Source: Rhodosorus marinus CCMP1338 (Eukaryota; Plantae; Rhodophyta). Taken from it: DNA of 64,000 nucleotides. Shown piece by piece: positions 29,635 through 42,777 of this stretch; the stretch's first letter is position 1; the number at the start of each line of letters is the position of its first letter. The stretch spans positions 806,001-870,000 of the forward strand of contig JAMWBK010000012.1 in assembly GCA_029953675.1 (NCBI GenBank), read 5' to 3'. The position numbers and the translations under genes are program-made. The notes below the pieces were generated by a model that was not told the origin of the DNA, made no database searches, and was given only the letters and a program-made list of their open reading frames with translations.

Positions 29635-30717
29635 TCAACGGCGAGTGCGTTTGGCGACAGAGTTACACTCTTGAAGTCTTCGAGCTTCAGATATCTTTGC
29701 TTTCTTTGGTGCGGTATTGACAACTTTGGGGGGAAGGGGGGGTAGGCGGGTTCACCTTCCTTGTAGGGAACAGAGAAGCATAGTCTTAAGACCTGGTTCG
29801 TTCCAGGAACGCTGTGACAATCAAAGTCTGAAGATGGTCGAAGGACGCCTTATCTCCTACGGTAGTACTCCTCAGAGCGGTGCTTGATACAGTAGAGTCC
29901 ATGTGTTGGAGGTCGTATCCAAACCTACTGTACCTCTCTAACGTCTTTGAGATCTGAACAAGGGGGAGAAGGACACATCGAGGCCGGGTTCAGAAAACCG
30001 ATATTCTTTGCTTACTGGGTGACCAGATAGAGCCTACCTCGAATCGAAAAGCGCTCTCCACTTCCGCCATACTAATACCCTTCTTTCCAAACCACCCTTT
30101 AGTCTCCTCCTTAATCTTCTCACCGTTGATCACATAGCTCGCGGAAACGATGTTGTGCTCCTGGTAGGTCAGCTGCCTCTCAAAGTTGATGTACAAGAAC
30201 CTAGGAGAGTTGGGAGAGTTGGAACAGATCGCTAGTTAGGCACCAAAATCCGGTCGCTCACCACCGATGTTGTCACGTTTTACCTGGCAGTTGGTGCATC
30301 AGGGTCTGGAGGGGATTGCTCGAAGCAGCTGAGATTGGATTCCAATAGCTTCACTAGTCCTGGAATATTGTAATAAACAGCCTCTCGAAGGAGTTTCTTC
30401 TTCTCGTGGCAAGTTTCGGGTAGAACAAAGTACTGCGGCAAGGGATCCCTGAGGAAGTTGAGGATATAGGGGAACATCTCCGGATCCCTGTCGATGAATG
30501 GGACCTTCTTGGGAGTTCTGCAGGCAGCTATGATACTCTCGCCGGAGAGCACACATTGCGGAATTCGACGAAGGGAGCCGATCGTCGTTATGAAACGTGT
30601 CCCACCGATGTCGAGCTTGGCAAGAGTCGTCTCGTCCCCCTCTCCCTCCTGCTCGACTCCTACCACATCCTGGCGTACAGATGAAGCCACAGTACTTTCC
30701 ATGCTAGTTTCCATCAT
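29635..30717 (-). CDS. BTB/POZ (KCTD-type T1) domain protein, multi-exon
   Basis: KLDIGGTRFITTIGSL, FIDRDPEMFPYILNFLR and LLREAVYYNIPGL. The 3' exons were inferred by eye. Confidence 0.85.
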
Positions 30718-31220
30718 TTACAGAATTCACTTAACCAAGTCCACGACCCGTTCCGTCCCCAGGGGTGTTTCCCGCCCTTCTGTTTTATGCTCCTGCTCTG
30801 GCTGGATTTATGACAATCAGCATGAGAACTAGTCAGCGCTCAATTAACGAGACCGATAGAATTCCTAGCGATGAGCATTCAGAAAGTTTGTTTGATGTTC
30901 TTTGCATCGTATCCTCATTAATGTCTGCTGACCTGATCTTCTTTTGAGGCTTTAGAGACTTCCAAGGTTTGTTCCCTTGCGACTGCGGACGTCAGGACGT
31001 CATGAGAGCGCTCAGATCCCATCCAGACGATGAGAACGTAGAGTAGGAGCGTGAGCCTGGTGATCACGGGATCTTGGCCGTCTATACCATGTTCTATGTA
31101 TCGCGTCCTTGACTTTTTTTTCAGCTCCGCCTGAGGAGCAGAAGCTTGAGACTTGTTTATTTGCAACTTTAGCTCATGCTTGCGAATGTCCCAGTGTGGT
31201 AGTCCAGTGTTGTCCCACGT

Positions 31221-32182
31221 TCACAGTTTGCTGGTTGCGCTTCTAAAACCTGCGGAGAGACGTTCGATGGCAGACTGGATGGGAAGTAGGAACACAGCTG
31301 GAGTCTCCATCGGTATGTCGTGACCGGCACCTGCTGCGACGACTACTTGGATGTTGGGGAGAACTTTCTGCATTTGCGATATCATGATACAGGATAATGT
31401 CGTCTTTGACTTTTCGCCCTGGAGGACAGTGATGGGGCATTCCAGCAGGGAGAAGTTGATACTTTCCGAAGTAATCCGGTTCTGTTGGTAGATGGTCATC
31501 TCCATCATAGGAGGGCAGCGAAGAACAACCGAATCCCGATAAACTCTCAGTGCTCCTTGAATGTAACCGTTTCTGGCGCGGTAGTCCCACGACCTGTAAA
31601 CTCGGTTGACATACGCCGCTGCTTCCGTCAGGTCCCTCCACTGGCTCTTCCTCTTCCTGGTGAGTTCGATCAGCTTCGGATCCAAAACTGCGCCCTGACG
31701 AGCACAGAGAAGGATTAGCAATTTCAGACGATTAGGAGTAAGATTCAATCTAGGAGAACGCGTACTTGCTTCAAGCTCTCATCCAGTGGAATGGGCTCCG
31801 CGACAACCAAGCTGCTGAAAAGTCCTGGTGACTGCGCTTCAAGAAATAATAGCGTAGTTGCTCCTAAGGAGTGGCCTACTCCAACAAGCTCACCGGAGCC
31901 AGACGGATCGCAGCTAGCGATGACGTCGATTGTCTTTCGGACATCCATGAACATCTGATCCCAGAAGAGCTTTTCTCCATTCTCATCCCGGGATTGTCCA
32001 TGCGACCTCATGTCTATCAGAGCCGCGCGGAAGGAGAGGTTGGTTCCACAGCTCTCTAGCTCATTTAGAACACCGTTCCAGATCTGCCTACAGAACCCGG
32101 CTCCATGAGCAAAGATTAACGTAGGCAAGACCCCGCGCTTATCATCAGCTCCCACCACCCGAATCTCATGTGCTAACTCCAT
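31221..32182 (-). CDS. Alpha/beta hydrolase, two exons
   Basis: LIFAHGAGF (oxyanion), VGVGHSLGA (GxSxG nucleophile elbow) and C-terminal GHDIPME (catalytic His). Confidence 0.9.
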
Positions 32183-33069
32183 CCGCTGGGGTCTGCTCCG
32201 TCAACCGTGAAGGACCGACTACGCAGACCACTCGCCATGAAATCGTGACATGCCACACTCCTCTCTCCAACAATAGACTGTAGCTACTCACCAACGGCTT
32301 AGGACAGCCGGCTTCGACTATTTGATTCAAGCTCGACTATCCGCGGATGAACTGACACCGGGCATCGCCCCAAGAGTTTCTTGTTCTTGACCCGCAGAAG
32401 ACAGCTTAGTCGATTGGATGGGTGAGATTGTAATATTCAGCGATGTCCATCGTAAACCAGCCTGCCAACATCCAAGCTGCTGGCCAGTGAGTAGTCAGTT
32501 CTGGGTGCCCATCAACACGGGCTTAATGCCGCGAACTCTTAGAGTATTTTGTGAACCACATCACAGGTTGTAGTACTCTGCTACCTTGTTGGCTTGATGA
32601 CGCTGGAGAGAGGGGTTTCAATTATTGTCATCTTTACTTGAATGCAGAACGCATCACTCAGACACATTTAGGCTGATTAAAAAAAAAATTTAGACAGGCG
32701 ATGTCCCTACGAATGGATTGTTAAGGAACGGGTCCGGCTGTGAAGGAACTATCAAAAAACAGTTACAAGTTAATCTGTGGGAGCGGGCAACCGGACGTTT
32801 GCTACCGGGCAAAATCATGCAAGCGGGTGTTTCGTTGGGAAGTGGGGCCGAGGCCGACACTTCAAAGGTTTCCTCTTCTCGACCGATTCTAGAGATCTCC
32901 GTCGCCCTTACGTCGGGTTCCCTGGTGTCTCTCTTCGTACTCTGTCGTTCAGTTGGAGGAGTGCTCGCATTTAGGAAAGAGTCCTCCTTTCACCTATCGA
33001 TTGCAAACGCACAGTAGGTCGAGTCCGCGTTGTTGGAGTCAAAAACGTCGTTGTCTTCTCCGCGTCAGT

Positions 33070-34538
33070 TCAAGTCAATTCTACATGGTTAGCGCCCCCC
33101 TCATCACCTCCCTCATCAGGTTTCGCGCCTTGTTGCTGGAGATGGTGGCTTCCAGATTGCTTCCAGACACCACCACTCAGCCCTGCGAACGCGTTGCCCC
33201 ATTGTACTGGGCTGGACGAGGGGCCTGGCATATTAGGTCTCTGAACCGGAAGGCTACCCGCCACAGCGTTGTCCGCATTTGCCAGCGCAGACCACTTCTT
33301 CGCTGCTGCGTGCTCTTGCGGTGCCATCCTATCAATTGAAATCGCGTTCGATTCGTTCCTATGAATTTCTGCTACGCTTCGTCCATTTCGAAGACCACCA
33401 GTCTCTGGAATGGCCGCGGCCATGTCATACAAAGAAAAAGATTTGGAAGAGCCGAATCGATCGCCCTTTGCTAAGCCAAGTCCGTAAGCGTCCAGTCCGT
33501 ATTCCTCGTTGGTAATGTCGTCGATCGGAAAAGTCGCCTCGTCAATAGCGAAATTTTCCATTCCGTGCATTCGTCCCCCGCTCACGGGGAGCTGGTCATT
33601 CATCTCCGCAAATCTCGAGAAACCGTTTAACGACGGTACGGACTGAGCAATGGGCCCGTTCATATAAGCCCAATCTCTCGCTTGCTGCTTCTTTGTACCA
33701 TCTCGGTCGTCCGGAACGGGTAACAGTAGGTTCTCCACCTCCTCTTTGGCCATGGCCAATGCCCACCGAGCTGCGTTGTCTTCCAAATCTGTCTCAATTA
33801 TAACGTGAAGTGCCTCATTAAATACGTGCTCATAGCCCGGTTTGCCCCTGACTTCGATCTCCTTCTCTTTCCGAATCGAGCCTTTCCCGCGAATCATAAT
33901 CCTACACCCAGTCTCCTTTTCCATTGCTTTCAGGGTCGCGCCTTTTGGGCCGAGCAGGCGGCCTACAAAATTGTAGTCCGGATATCGATCAGTCGGGATC
34001 GGAATTTTGATTCGGTTTTTCCTCTGTCCCCCCGGAGCGGCTTTGGCAAGCCTTGAAGCCATGAAATCACCAAACGACGGTGAGGCAAACTGTGGATTGA
34101 GCGCGTCCACCCCATTCGTGGCAGGCTTCATGGATGTCTTCCTCGACAGATTCTGAAGTCGCAGCATTTCTGTTGAAAGAAAGGATCGATGGAACAAACG
34201 ATCAACACGGGGAGAAGGACACACCCATGACGTACAAAATCAAAGCCCTCTGCTAGCTGTCAAAACTTACCTGTATCGATGAGGTTCATAGTCAATGGCA
34301 AGACTGAACGCATTTGGTAGAGGCTCTGCTTCTCCTTGAGAAGATCCTCCATCTGTCGCCTGGAATTCAGCAAAGAAAACGATATGGCATATGACTCTTT
34401 AAACATCCAAGCGCGTGTGGGTCCGGCGGCAGCGCTCTTCCTAACAACAGATCCCCCCAAAAAGGAAACAAACCGAAGCATCTCCGCTAAAAAAACTTTG
34501 AAATGTGGTTGGGGAAAGTCTTACGATAAATCATCCAT
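33070..34538 (-). CDS. STAR/GSG-family KH RNA-binding protein (Quaking/SF1-like)
   Basis: YNFVGRLLGPKGATLKAMEKETGCRIMIRGKGSIR and EALHVIIE, QUA1-like MEDLLKEKQSL...LIDTE, QUA2-like DGTKKQQARDWA. Two short upstream exons inferred. Confidence 0.92.
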
Positions 34539-36774
34539 ACTTGCAAAGCATGCCTTCCCCGGTAACCACTGCTTTCAAAACCAGCAGCTCCCAGCGACGC
34601 AAAACGTAAAAAAAAAGAAGAAGAAGAAGAAGATCCTTTCCCTCCTTCTAAACAGGCAATTCCACGCTCGTCTTTTTGTGCTCGTCACCAACCTCCCACA
34701 ACCTGCTCGTTTCTTGTCACAAGAAACTCCAGATTTGAAGCAGTCAAACCCCCCGAGTCACTCGGAAGAGCGCTTAGTTTACCCAACGGAGCATCAGAAT
34801 CCTTCTCTAAATACCCAAAACCAGCTCCAAACTAACTGCATTCCCACGTGACTCCCCGCCCCCCTCCCCACTTTCAGCTCCCTATAGAGTCTCCATGTTC
34901 CTCACTTTCCGAAACCCTTCAAAAATAATAACAAATAATAAATAAAACCAGACATGTAGAAAAAGAAAACTTTTAGGCAAATCTACGTTTAAAAGAAATT
35001 TCGACATGGCCAAACCCATTTGGCCATTTAGCCAGAGCCCTATTCCTCCATCAATGCCCCTTACCCAGTCCATACTCTTTTGTTGCTCCATATTTTGGTG
35101 TTCGTCACTCCACCCCTTTAAAAAATACCTGTATCCCTTTGATTATTATTTTAAGGCTTCTTTTTTATCGATTACGGCTTTTGCTATCCCGTAACTTTTA
35201 AGCAGTCAACTCACGGCTATACGAATATCTCCCCCCAACACGCCCCCCTTTGTTTTTATTCATAATAGGTCTGCTTTTTAAATGCTCATTTTGGGGGAAA
35301 AAAGAATATACGATAAATATACCTATAATATCAATAAAATATTATAAACATTATCTGCTTATGTGATAAGTATAGCGTATATTAATTAACATTATCCAAT
35401 AAGAGATTTAGAGCGAACAGACAGGCGAACAGGGGGCTACCCAAAGGTCTATATTCGCTGATGGTCCGTTTGTATTCCATAATTCACACTCGCTGATACC
35501 ATAATATATTCCTCGGGGGAGTTGGTACAGCGTCACCGAGCAGATACTTAATGGAAAATAAATAAATCGTAGAAGTGTTTTTGGGATCATTTTAGCTGGT
35601 TTTTACGGCTTTCTTTTGTGAAATAAAAAGGTAAAAGTGTCGTCTGCTGGAAGTTCGACATTTCGGGTTTAGTAGAATAAAATTTAATGGAAAGGATGAT
35701 ACGACGCTTATGTGTTTTTTTTTGCATTTTTTGTTTTTCATCTTGATTGCCTCCGAGAATCATTAGTAAATGATTCATGTGCGAAATCTGCATTGCAACC
35801 AAGGAGTACAGAGATGGACAATCTTGGAGTAATAAACATGACGTAAATTGCGTCGTTTAGACATTGTGATAGAATTTTAGATTTTTTAGTCCTTGTTTGA
35901 AGAGCGCAATTGGCGGCGTTCAGAAGTAGACTATGCAATTACGAATATGTTGGTTTTTATTTGAAAATTATATATGCGAATAGTACTGACCTTGATGATG
36001 TTAAATTGCTCTTCTTGCCTATGATTCTTAGTAAGTGAAGACTACAAGTTTGGGACAAACTGGCAATATGTCCCACAAGGTTCGGCGTCTTCGCGAGAGG
36101 GCGGCGTAAAGAGATGTCACAGGAAACATTTCCATGTTGTTATTAAACCGCGCAGCTCCACATCCGTACCGTTGCGTTTAACTCTGTGCTGCCTGTTCGG
36201 ATCTGAGCTCCGGTTGGGACGACGTGCCCCCCGATTTGCTTTGGCAAAGCGGCTTTACGATCGCGCACCGTCTTCCTGAACGTTTGCATAGATTCTGATG
36301 GTCCTTGGATCTCTTCACGAAATCTTCCCACTCCGCTCTCAACCTCTCCCTCAAAATGAAAGGAGCCTTTCACGCTCATGGGGTGGTTCCTAAACCAATG
36401 CAATCATTATCAGCGTGCTGTACACATGTAGCTCACTGGCGCCTTGAGCATGAACATCTATCGGAGATCCTCACCGTACATCGACGGCTTCTGAAAGCAG
36501 GGGAAGCAAAACTCACCTTGAAGACCAGCATCCATGTACAAATCTGTTCCTACAGTCGCGCCAAACTTCCAATCACTACCGCCTAAGATTTCTGTTCCCC
36601 GTCGTCCAGCTTTTTCCACTGGGCATGCAAAAATGACGGAAACGCAAAACGCTTCTTTAGCAGGAAAACTCATATCGCGCACATGGCACCATCTACGGTT
36701 CGTTTCATCACGTCATCACAAGAGAGAGGGCTTTCAAAAAAATTCTCAGACGACAGCAGCCCCGGCCAACTTCT

Positions 36775-37909
36775 ATGACAGAGGCTTCGAAGTCGACCAC
36801 CAGATCATCTTATAAGTTGACTGTACTTATCAAATGATTGAATCAGTCGCGTGGTCTTACCTCCAAAAAGGCCTCCCTTGCTGCGTTATTGATATGCTTA
36901 AACCGATCGGGACCTAGGTGGATGCCCTTTAATAAAGAAACCAAAGGGTTGCTTTAGTTCTCATATTCCTTTTAGTGGAAGATTTAGTTTTCTTTTTGGT
37001 GGGATGCGGATCCTTGTTTATCTCACCCCGAACCACCTAGAAACGACGACTGCGACGTTTTCGGCTGGTAACATCTTGAGCAGATGCAGCAGTCGCTTCC
37101 CAGCAGCGGCCTCTCCGTCGTCGTCAAAGTCCTGACAGAGGCTTCCTGTTGTCTCGTCAACGAAACGATAGGCGAGGATATTGTGGGTCGCAGAGGCAAT
37201 CTTGTTCACGCTCTGGAGCGCGCGAAGAAACCTGTTTCCATGTTTAGAATTTCCAAAGGCCTGAGTTAGTATCCAGAGCGCGAAACTTTGTTCAGCGGGG
37301 GTTTGGAAGAAGCTAACGCGCTGAGATCAGCTTCTGAGTGGACCTCTGCCAGATGCGCCTGGAACGTGCTCTTTCTGTCCGTAAACGGAGACCCACTGTA
37401 AATTGCGGGGATCTCCTCGGGCTCCGCAATATCTTCTACATCCGACGAGCTGTCCCGTCGTGCAGATTTTTCTTCTTCGACCGGGATATTCTCCGCTAGT
37501 GTCAAGCAGGCCTCGTAGATGATCTCCGAAAGGGTAAACAGCAGAACATCTGAGCGGAAGCGAAGAACATAACCATTAGCCACAGCCCTGGTAGGTAAAT
37601 TTGTAACGAAGCCAGCCAACCTCCCGCGCTTGGCTCCAATTCAGCCAGCGCCTCCGTTGAAATCCGCACCCTCACGTCCGCATCTATCCACGTCGAGTTC
37701 ACGACAACGCGAGGGGGCTCCTCGGAAGGATATCCCTTTCCAAGATGAAATACAATCAGGACCGATCTATCCAAGACTGGCACCTTCCTGCTCACCCTCA
37801 CTGTCTTAATCTCACCGGATTCACCTCTTACTCCGTGGACATCCTCCCCAAAAATTGCCTGGAGAGCCTCCAGCTCCTCCTCTCGTCTCTCCAGATCCTG
37901 AGGCTTCAT
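36775..37909 (-). CDS. IMPACT: IMPACT-family protein (RWD plus UPF0029/YigZ domain), multi-exon
   Basis: RWD EEELEALQAIFG and YPSEEPP; DRKSTFQAH; ATHNILAYR; DDDGEAAAG; VVVSRWFG; GIHLGPDRFKHINNAAR. The 3' end is approximate. Confidence 0.92.
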
Positions 37910-37967
37910 TTTCGATTCACTCTAAACGTTAAGTCATGCACCTTATTGCTCCCAGCCAAACACCAGG

Positions 37968-38937
37968 TCATTCTACTCGCCCAATGTCAGTCAGAGCCTA
38001 GTGCTTCCGACTCCATCGACTTAGAGAAAACTTGGAGTTGCTCAGTTGCGCGATGAACTAATCCACGAGCTTCAAAGCCTCTGCTAAGTAATATCATTTT
38101 GTCGATGATGAGAGCAACAGTTTTTGACTCCCCCCGAGCGAAGAAGACGAAGGTGTAATCCGACTCCGTTGCAAACCTCTCGGGGATGGCTCTAGCTTGT
38201 CTTTCTGTAGAGCTTTATTGGTGTTCTGAGAGACAGCTGTTGCGCTCATCAAAGAAGAAAAAGAGCAAGTTCCTGACTCAGAAAACCAGAAGGCGCGGCT
38301 GGGTATCTACTCCATTCAATATCAGAGCATAGCGCTTCAACCCGATCGACGTGGAGAAGACTTGAGTTGTGTAACCGGACGGTGGACAGCATCGGTAAAA
38401 AACCCGCGTTAGGAAAAGCCTTTCTCTGTTAAGAGCTCTGGTTCAACCCACGGCGTGGAGGACGGAAATCCAACTCTTGGTGAAGACCTCGGGGACAGCT
38501 CTTCGTTTTTTCTGTTCGATTAGACAGCTGGTAGCTCTTCTCAAGGCGAAGAGATCGGCCAAGTTCTCAGCTTTGAAACCAGGACGCTTGGTTGGGAATC
38601 TCTTGTGATACGGGAAAGCGTCCATGTCCACAGCCTTGGCATCCATGTCTTTGCCGTTGTGCAACTCACAAGAATCGGACCCGCTGATCAGCTTCACGTA
38701 TTTTTTTCAGAAGGGTTGATAGTGTACCTTCATAAGCTCATTGGAGCCACTTCGTTGCGATGGAAAACTGGGAGGGACCGCAGCAAACTCTGCGCTGGAC
38801 TCTTTGAGGCCACGTCGTGATAACAGCGAGGCTTGAACATGGCGTCGTGGGATTCTCGACGAGCCAGGCAATGAATGAATCAAAGGAATGCTCATCACCC
38901 TTGCATATCGGTTCAAGTCTAAGGCGACCTGGTACAT
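37968..38937 (-). CDS. Unassigned multi-exon coding region
   Basis: Coding-like frames (FKAENLADLFALRR...SWISVLHAVG; AIPERFATESDYTFVFFARG...) between IMPACT and the CPP1-like gene. No family recognised; limits approximate. Confidence 0.3.
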
Positions 38938-39266
38938 ATATCTAGCGTTGGTACCGAAACCACTTGGATCCTAGGCAGATGTTGGGTTCTGAACGTAGTA
39001 TACGATTCCTCCTCCGAGATGCCGAACTCTCAGCTCCGGAAGACGTGCAAGCAATCTTGCAAATCAAACTCAGGGCCCTCAAGGGCACAGAGACGGGCCA
39101 TGTATTCTCACCTAGGCAGTGTCTTTGGTTTTTCCCTTTTACAAATTTATCTCGCTGCCGTTCTAACGTGTTAAGGAGGCCACTTCTCCGCCTGCTTGTG
39201 AGGTAAGGCCCGTCCTCACATGCGCCGCCAAAAAAGAGAACATCAAAGGTATGGGTAAATCGTTGT

Positions 39267-40453
39267 CTATTTCTTACGTTTACCACCCTTTCCGCCTTTT
39301 CCGCCCTTTCCTTTGCCTTTGCCGGAATTGCCCCATCCCTTGCCCTTCTTCTTAGCGGATGGAGCGGCGACTTCTTGGACCTGGAAGAACACACTGCTGA
39401 GCCAGAATCCGAATATGACCGACGTCGAGACGGCGGTTTCTGGTGCGAACCTGTGAATAGTTTGCAAACAAAAAAACAAGGCGTTGAGTCTTCCTGAAGC
39501 AATTTTGAATTTTTTTTCAACCCGCTGGCTCGGTGTGGCTTACCACATCGGAAGTGCGACGTAGGAGAGAATGATCTTAGCAAGCCCGAATCCGAGGCCA
39601 CCGAAGACGCATACGAGTCCGATAGTTTTCAATACAAGATTCTTCTCAACGGGTCGGACAGCTCCTGGTCTTCCCATATCATCCTTGGGCTCCTCAGGCA
39701 GACCTCTGTTGTAGAGGAACCCAAGCGAGGACATACCTGAGATCGCCATGAAGGATGACGAGAGGGTTGGGAGGAAGAAAGGCATTATTGCGAACACGCC
39801 TAGCAATGTTGATACCTGAAGATATCCCATGTGGATTAGAATTTGGGCACTTCTCTCCGGCGAACAAGGATTGTGTCTGGGATGGAGCTATCGTACCCTT
39901 CGAAGATGCGCCCTATCGGGAAGCTGGACAATACCACGCAAGAACCTCGGAACCACAAACCTCTTCTTCTTCATCGGTTTTCTCTCAAACGGCGATTCCT
40001 TAATCTTGGGGGTCGTGAGCCCCTTCATACGCTTCTGCAGTCGATCCTCCATGATCGCCTCTTTGTTGATTTCCACCTTCATCATCATCTTCGGGTCCTC
40101 AGCATACTTGGCGCACATCCTTCTGTACGCACTCTCAACTTCTTCATAGTCCGCATCCTCGGTAATTCCGAACATACGATACGGATTCGAGCCGGGAGAC
40201 TGCGACGGTTCAGCTCCTCTAGCCGCGCCTCCAAAGATCTACAAAAGCCAAACAAAAAGGGACCGGCCCAAAAAAGAATAAAACACGTTTAGCAAAGAAA
40301 TCTCACCAGAAAAAATCCTCAACTAGCAGCTCCTTCTAAAGCATGCCCACTCACCATCTGAACTCCATTCCCTCTCCTCTCGCACGTCTGCCTCCGGGCA
40401 GAACGTCCGGGCGCGCTTAGTCCGCTGCCAGCGTTAGGAACAAAACAGCTCAT
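39267..40453 (-). CDS. CPP1/CDF1-like (DUF3353, J-like domain) plastid membrane protein, multi-exon
   Basis: Transit-peptide-like MSCFVPNAG..., J-like FGITEDADYEEVESAY...IMEDRLQKRMKG, several transmembrane segments and a Gly/Lys tail. Confidence 0.78.
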
Positions 40454-41118
40454 TCTTCTTCAATCCTTCAAAACGATTCCTAAGTCCTCCTAACCCCTTT
40501 TTTATATAGCCTTTACTAGATCTCACAAAGATCTATATGTCCAATCCAAACCTAAACCCTTCCTTCTCCTTCCTCCCCAACCACCCCAAAGTAACTCCAG
40601 GACGCGCCTCCCCCACTCAAAACGCCATCTCCCTTAAGATTAATCCCAAAAACAAAAAAACACAAATAATTTCATCGATTTTGCCGGCCGTGGCGTTTTC
40701 GTTAATGACAGTTATAATGAATTAGTATATCTTAGTACATTTCCAATTTGATCAAAATACGTCCTATTAAATGAATAGTACATATATAAATGTCTAATAG
40801 GACAGTTAGACAATAAATTAATATGTACTAATATAATATTTTTTTTGTTATTTAGACTTGCCAGGAAAGATTTTTTTCGTACTATGCATTTTATTTGTCA
40901 ATCGGCGTTTCGCGATGGGAATGGCGGAAGGAATAGTGGCCGCGGGGCCTTGTCGGGAATGTGGCCGGGTAATTTTAATAAAAATACACCATACGCGATC
41001 TTGCGAAAATCTCAGGTTTCGATGGAGGTTTGGCGATAGTTTTGGGACTGTGTGGGACTGTGTGGGACAGCTTGTTTAGGGGGCCTAGATTGAGGAGCGA
41101 TAATATATTCAGAAAGTG

Positions 41119-42442
41119 TCTACCCTGAGGAGCGGAAAGTGAGAGGCTGATGACCCGCCAAACAATCAAGCAGCATTCAAACGCCAGAGACTCAGAGACA
41201 ACTGCGTGAGGAGGCTGTCAAGACGGCCAGGGGGCATGGCGGAACCAGGATTGAGCAGTGTATGAAAGCTCTCCCATCGAAAGCAGATCAGGGATCTTAG
41301 ATCGTGACGACGAGGTTTAGAGTTCACTGACGTGAGAAGTAGATAGAAAAAGAGCAGAAGGAGGGAGTAGAATAAAAGAACAGAGTTACTTTGGGTGTAA
41401 ATTGAAATAGCCGGTTGAATCCCTGCGTCCAGTTTAGCCGCATTTGGCATGGAGTCAACATCAACAGCAATTTTCTCAGAGCCTATCTACCCTGAGGCGC
41501 GGAAAGCGAGACGCTATGAGACGCGTCCAACAACAAAGCAGCCTTCGAACGCCAGAGAGTCAGACACAGCTCCGCGAGGAGACTGTCGAGAGGGCGGGGG
41601 GCATGACGAAAAGAACGAAGAAGCCAACGAGAGGCAACAGTGTCTCAGACAAAAAGGAACTCGATGATCAGCGGTACAAACCGATGAGACGGCGCCGAGT
41701 CCCAAAAGATTGGATGAGTCATCGCCTCAGCGTACTTAGACTCCATCAGTCCTCGCATTGAACCCGGCGGCAGCTTCAAGACGTTGAGGACAAGGAATAG
41801 ACCAGTCAATGTACTCGCTCCTGCGCTGCGCCGCTGCGTTACCGAGTCGGAGACATCGAGTAACGATAGACCAAAGGGTTAGGGAAGGTCAAGATCAACG
41901 CACGACAATGTGTTCGACAAATGAGGCGACTTTGTTCTCCAGCCCTACGCGAAAGGGTTACCCCACAAGTAAGCAAAGTCCTACAGTAGGGGGTAGCAGG
42001 ACTATTTGGGAGCTGCCTAGTATTCATCTTTGGCGCTTGTTAGGGTATTCCATTCCTAGAGCACCTCATTCGGGGGCCTTAGCCTCCGATTGAAGTCCGC
42101 GGTACGGACTCGGAAGGACGGTCTAGGATCAGAACTTCTGGCTGTATCAGTGGACGCTACGTAGCAGCTGGGTTAGTCAATGACGCTGGGGCTTTCCGCT
42201 GAGGCGATGACTCATCGAATTTTTCGGGGCTCGTCGCTGTCTCATCGGTTTGTACCGCTGATCATCCAGTGCTTTGGTTTTTTTAGACAGAGTTGCTTCT
42301 CGCTGGCTTCGTCATGCTTTTCGCCGTGCCCCCGGCCGTCTCGACAGCCTCCGTCTACGGCTCTCCGGCGTTCGAATGCTGCTTTGTTGTTGGACGCGCT
42401 TCATCAGCGTCTCCCCTTTCCGCTCCTCAGGCTAGATAGGCT
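41119..42442. repeat. Triplicated segment: copy 1 41119-41244 (+, partial), copy 2 41480-41732 (+), copy 3 42197-42442 (inverted)
   Basis: Shared ccctgaggagcggaaag..., caacaacaaagcagc... and an exact 28-nt block at 41663-41690 whose reverse complement lies at 42239-42266. Confidence 0.92.
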
Positions 42443-42654
42443 GCCAGAAAGTGGTTGTTGTTAGTGTAAGTTCGTGGAGACCAGAACCCCGCATCCACCG
42501 CATAGCAATCGCGTGGGCCAGGTTTTTCAAAATCATTGGATTTGATTCACTGCGAACCACGGACGAGCAGCGATTGGAAGTCCGAGCACTCCAGGAGCCC
42601 AAGTTCAAAGAAGTATTGGAGATTATCACCACTGCAACACATAAGAAGCCAGAC

Positions 42655-42777
42655 CCATGCGAATGATATTCGCCCTCGATGTGTCCTTCTGGTATCGGTC
42701 AGAGCTGGCGCCTGATCCATGCGAATGATAGTCGCCCTCGAGGTCCTTCTGGTACCCGTCAGACCTGGCACCAGAGC
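42655..42777. repeat. Tandem duplication of an approximately 62-nt unit
   Basis: ccatgcgaatgata(t/g)tcgccctcga...gtccttctggta...gtcaga at 42655 and 42717. Confidence 0.88.
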
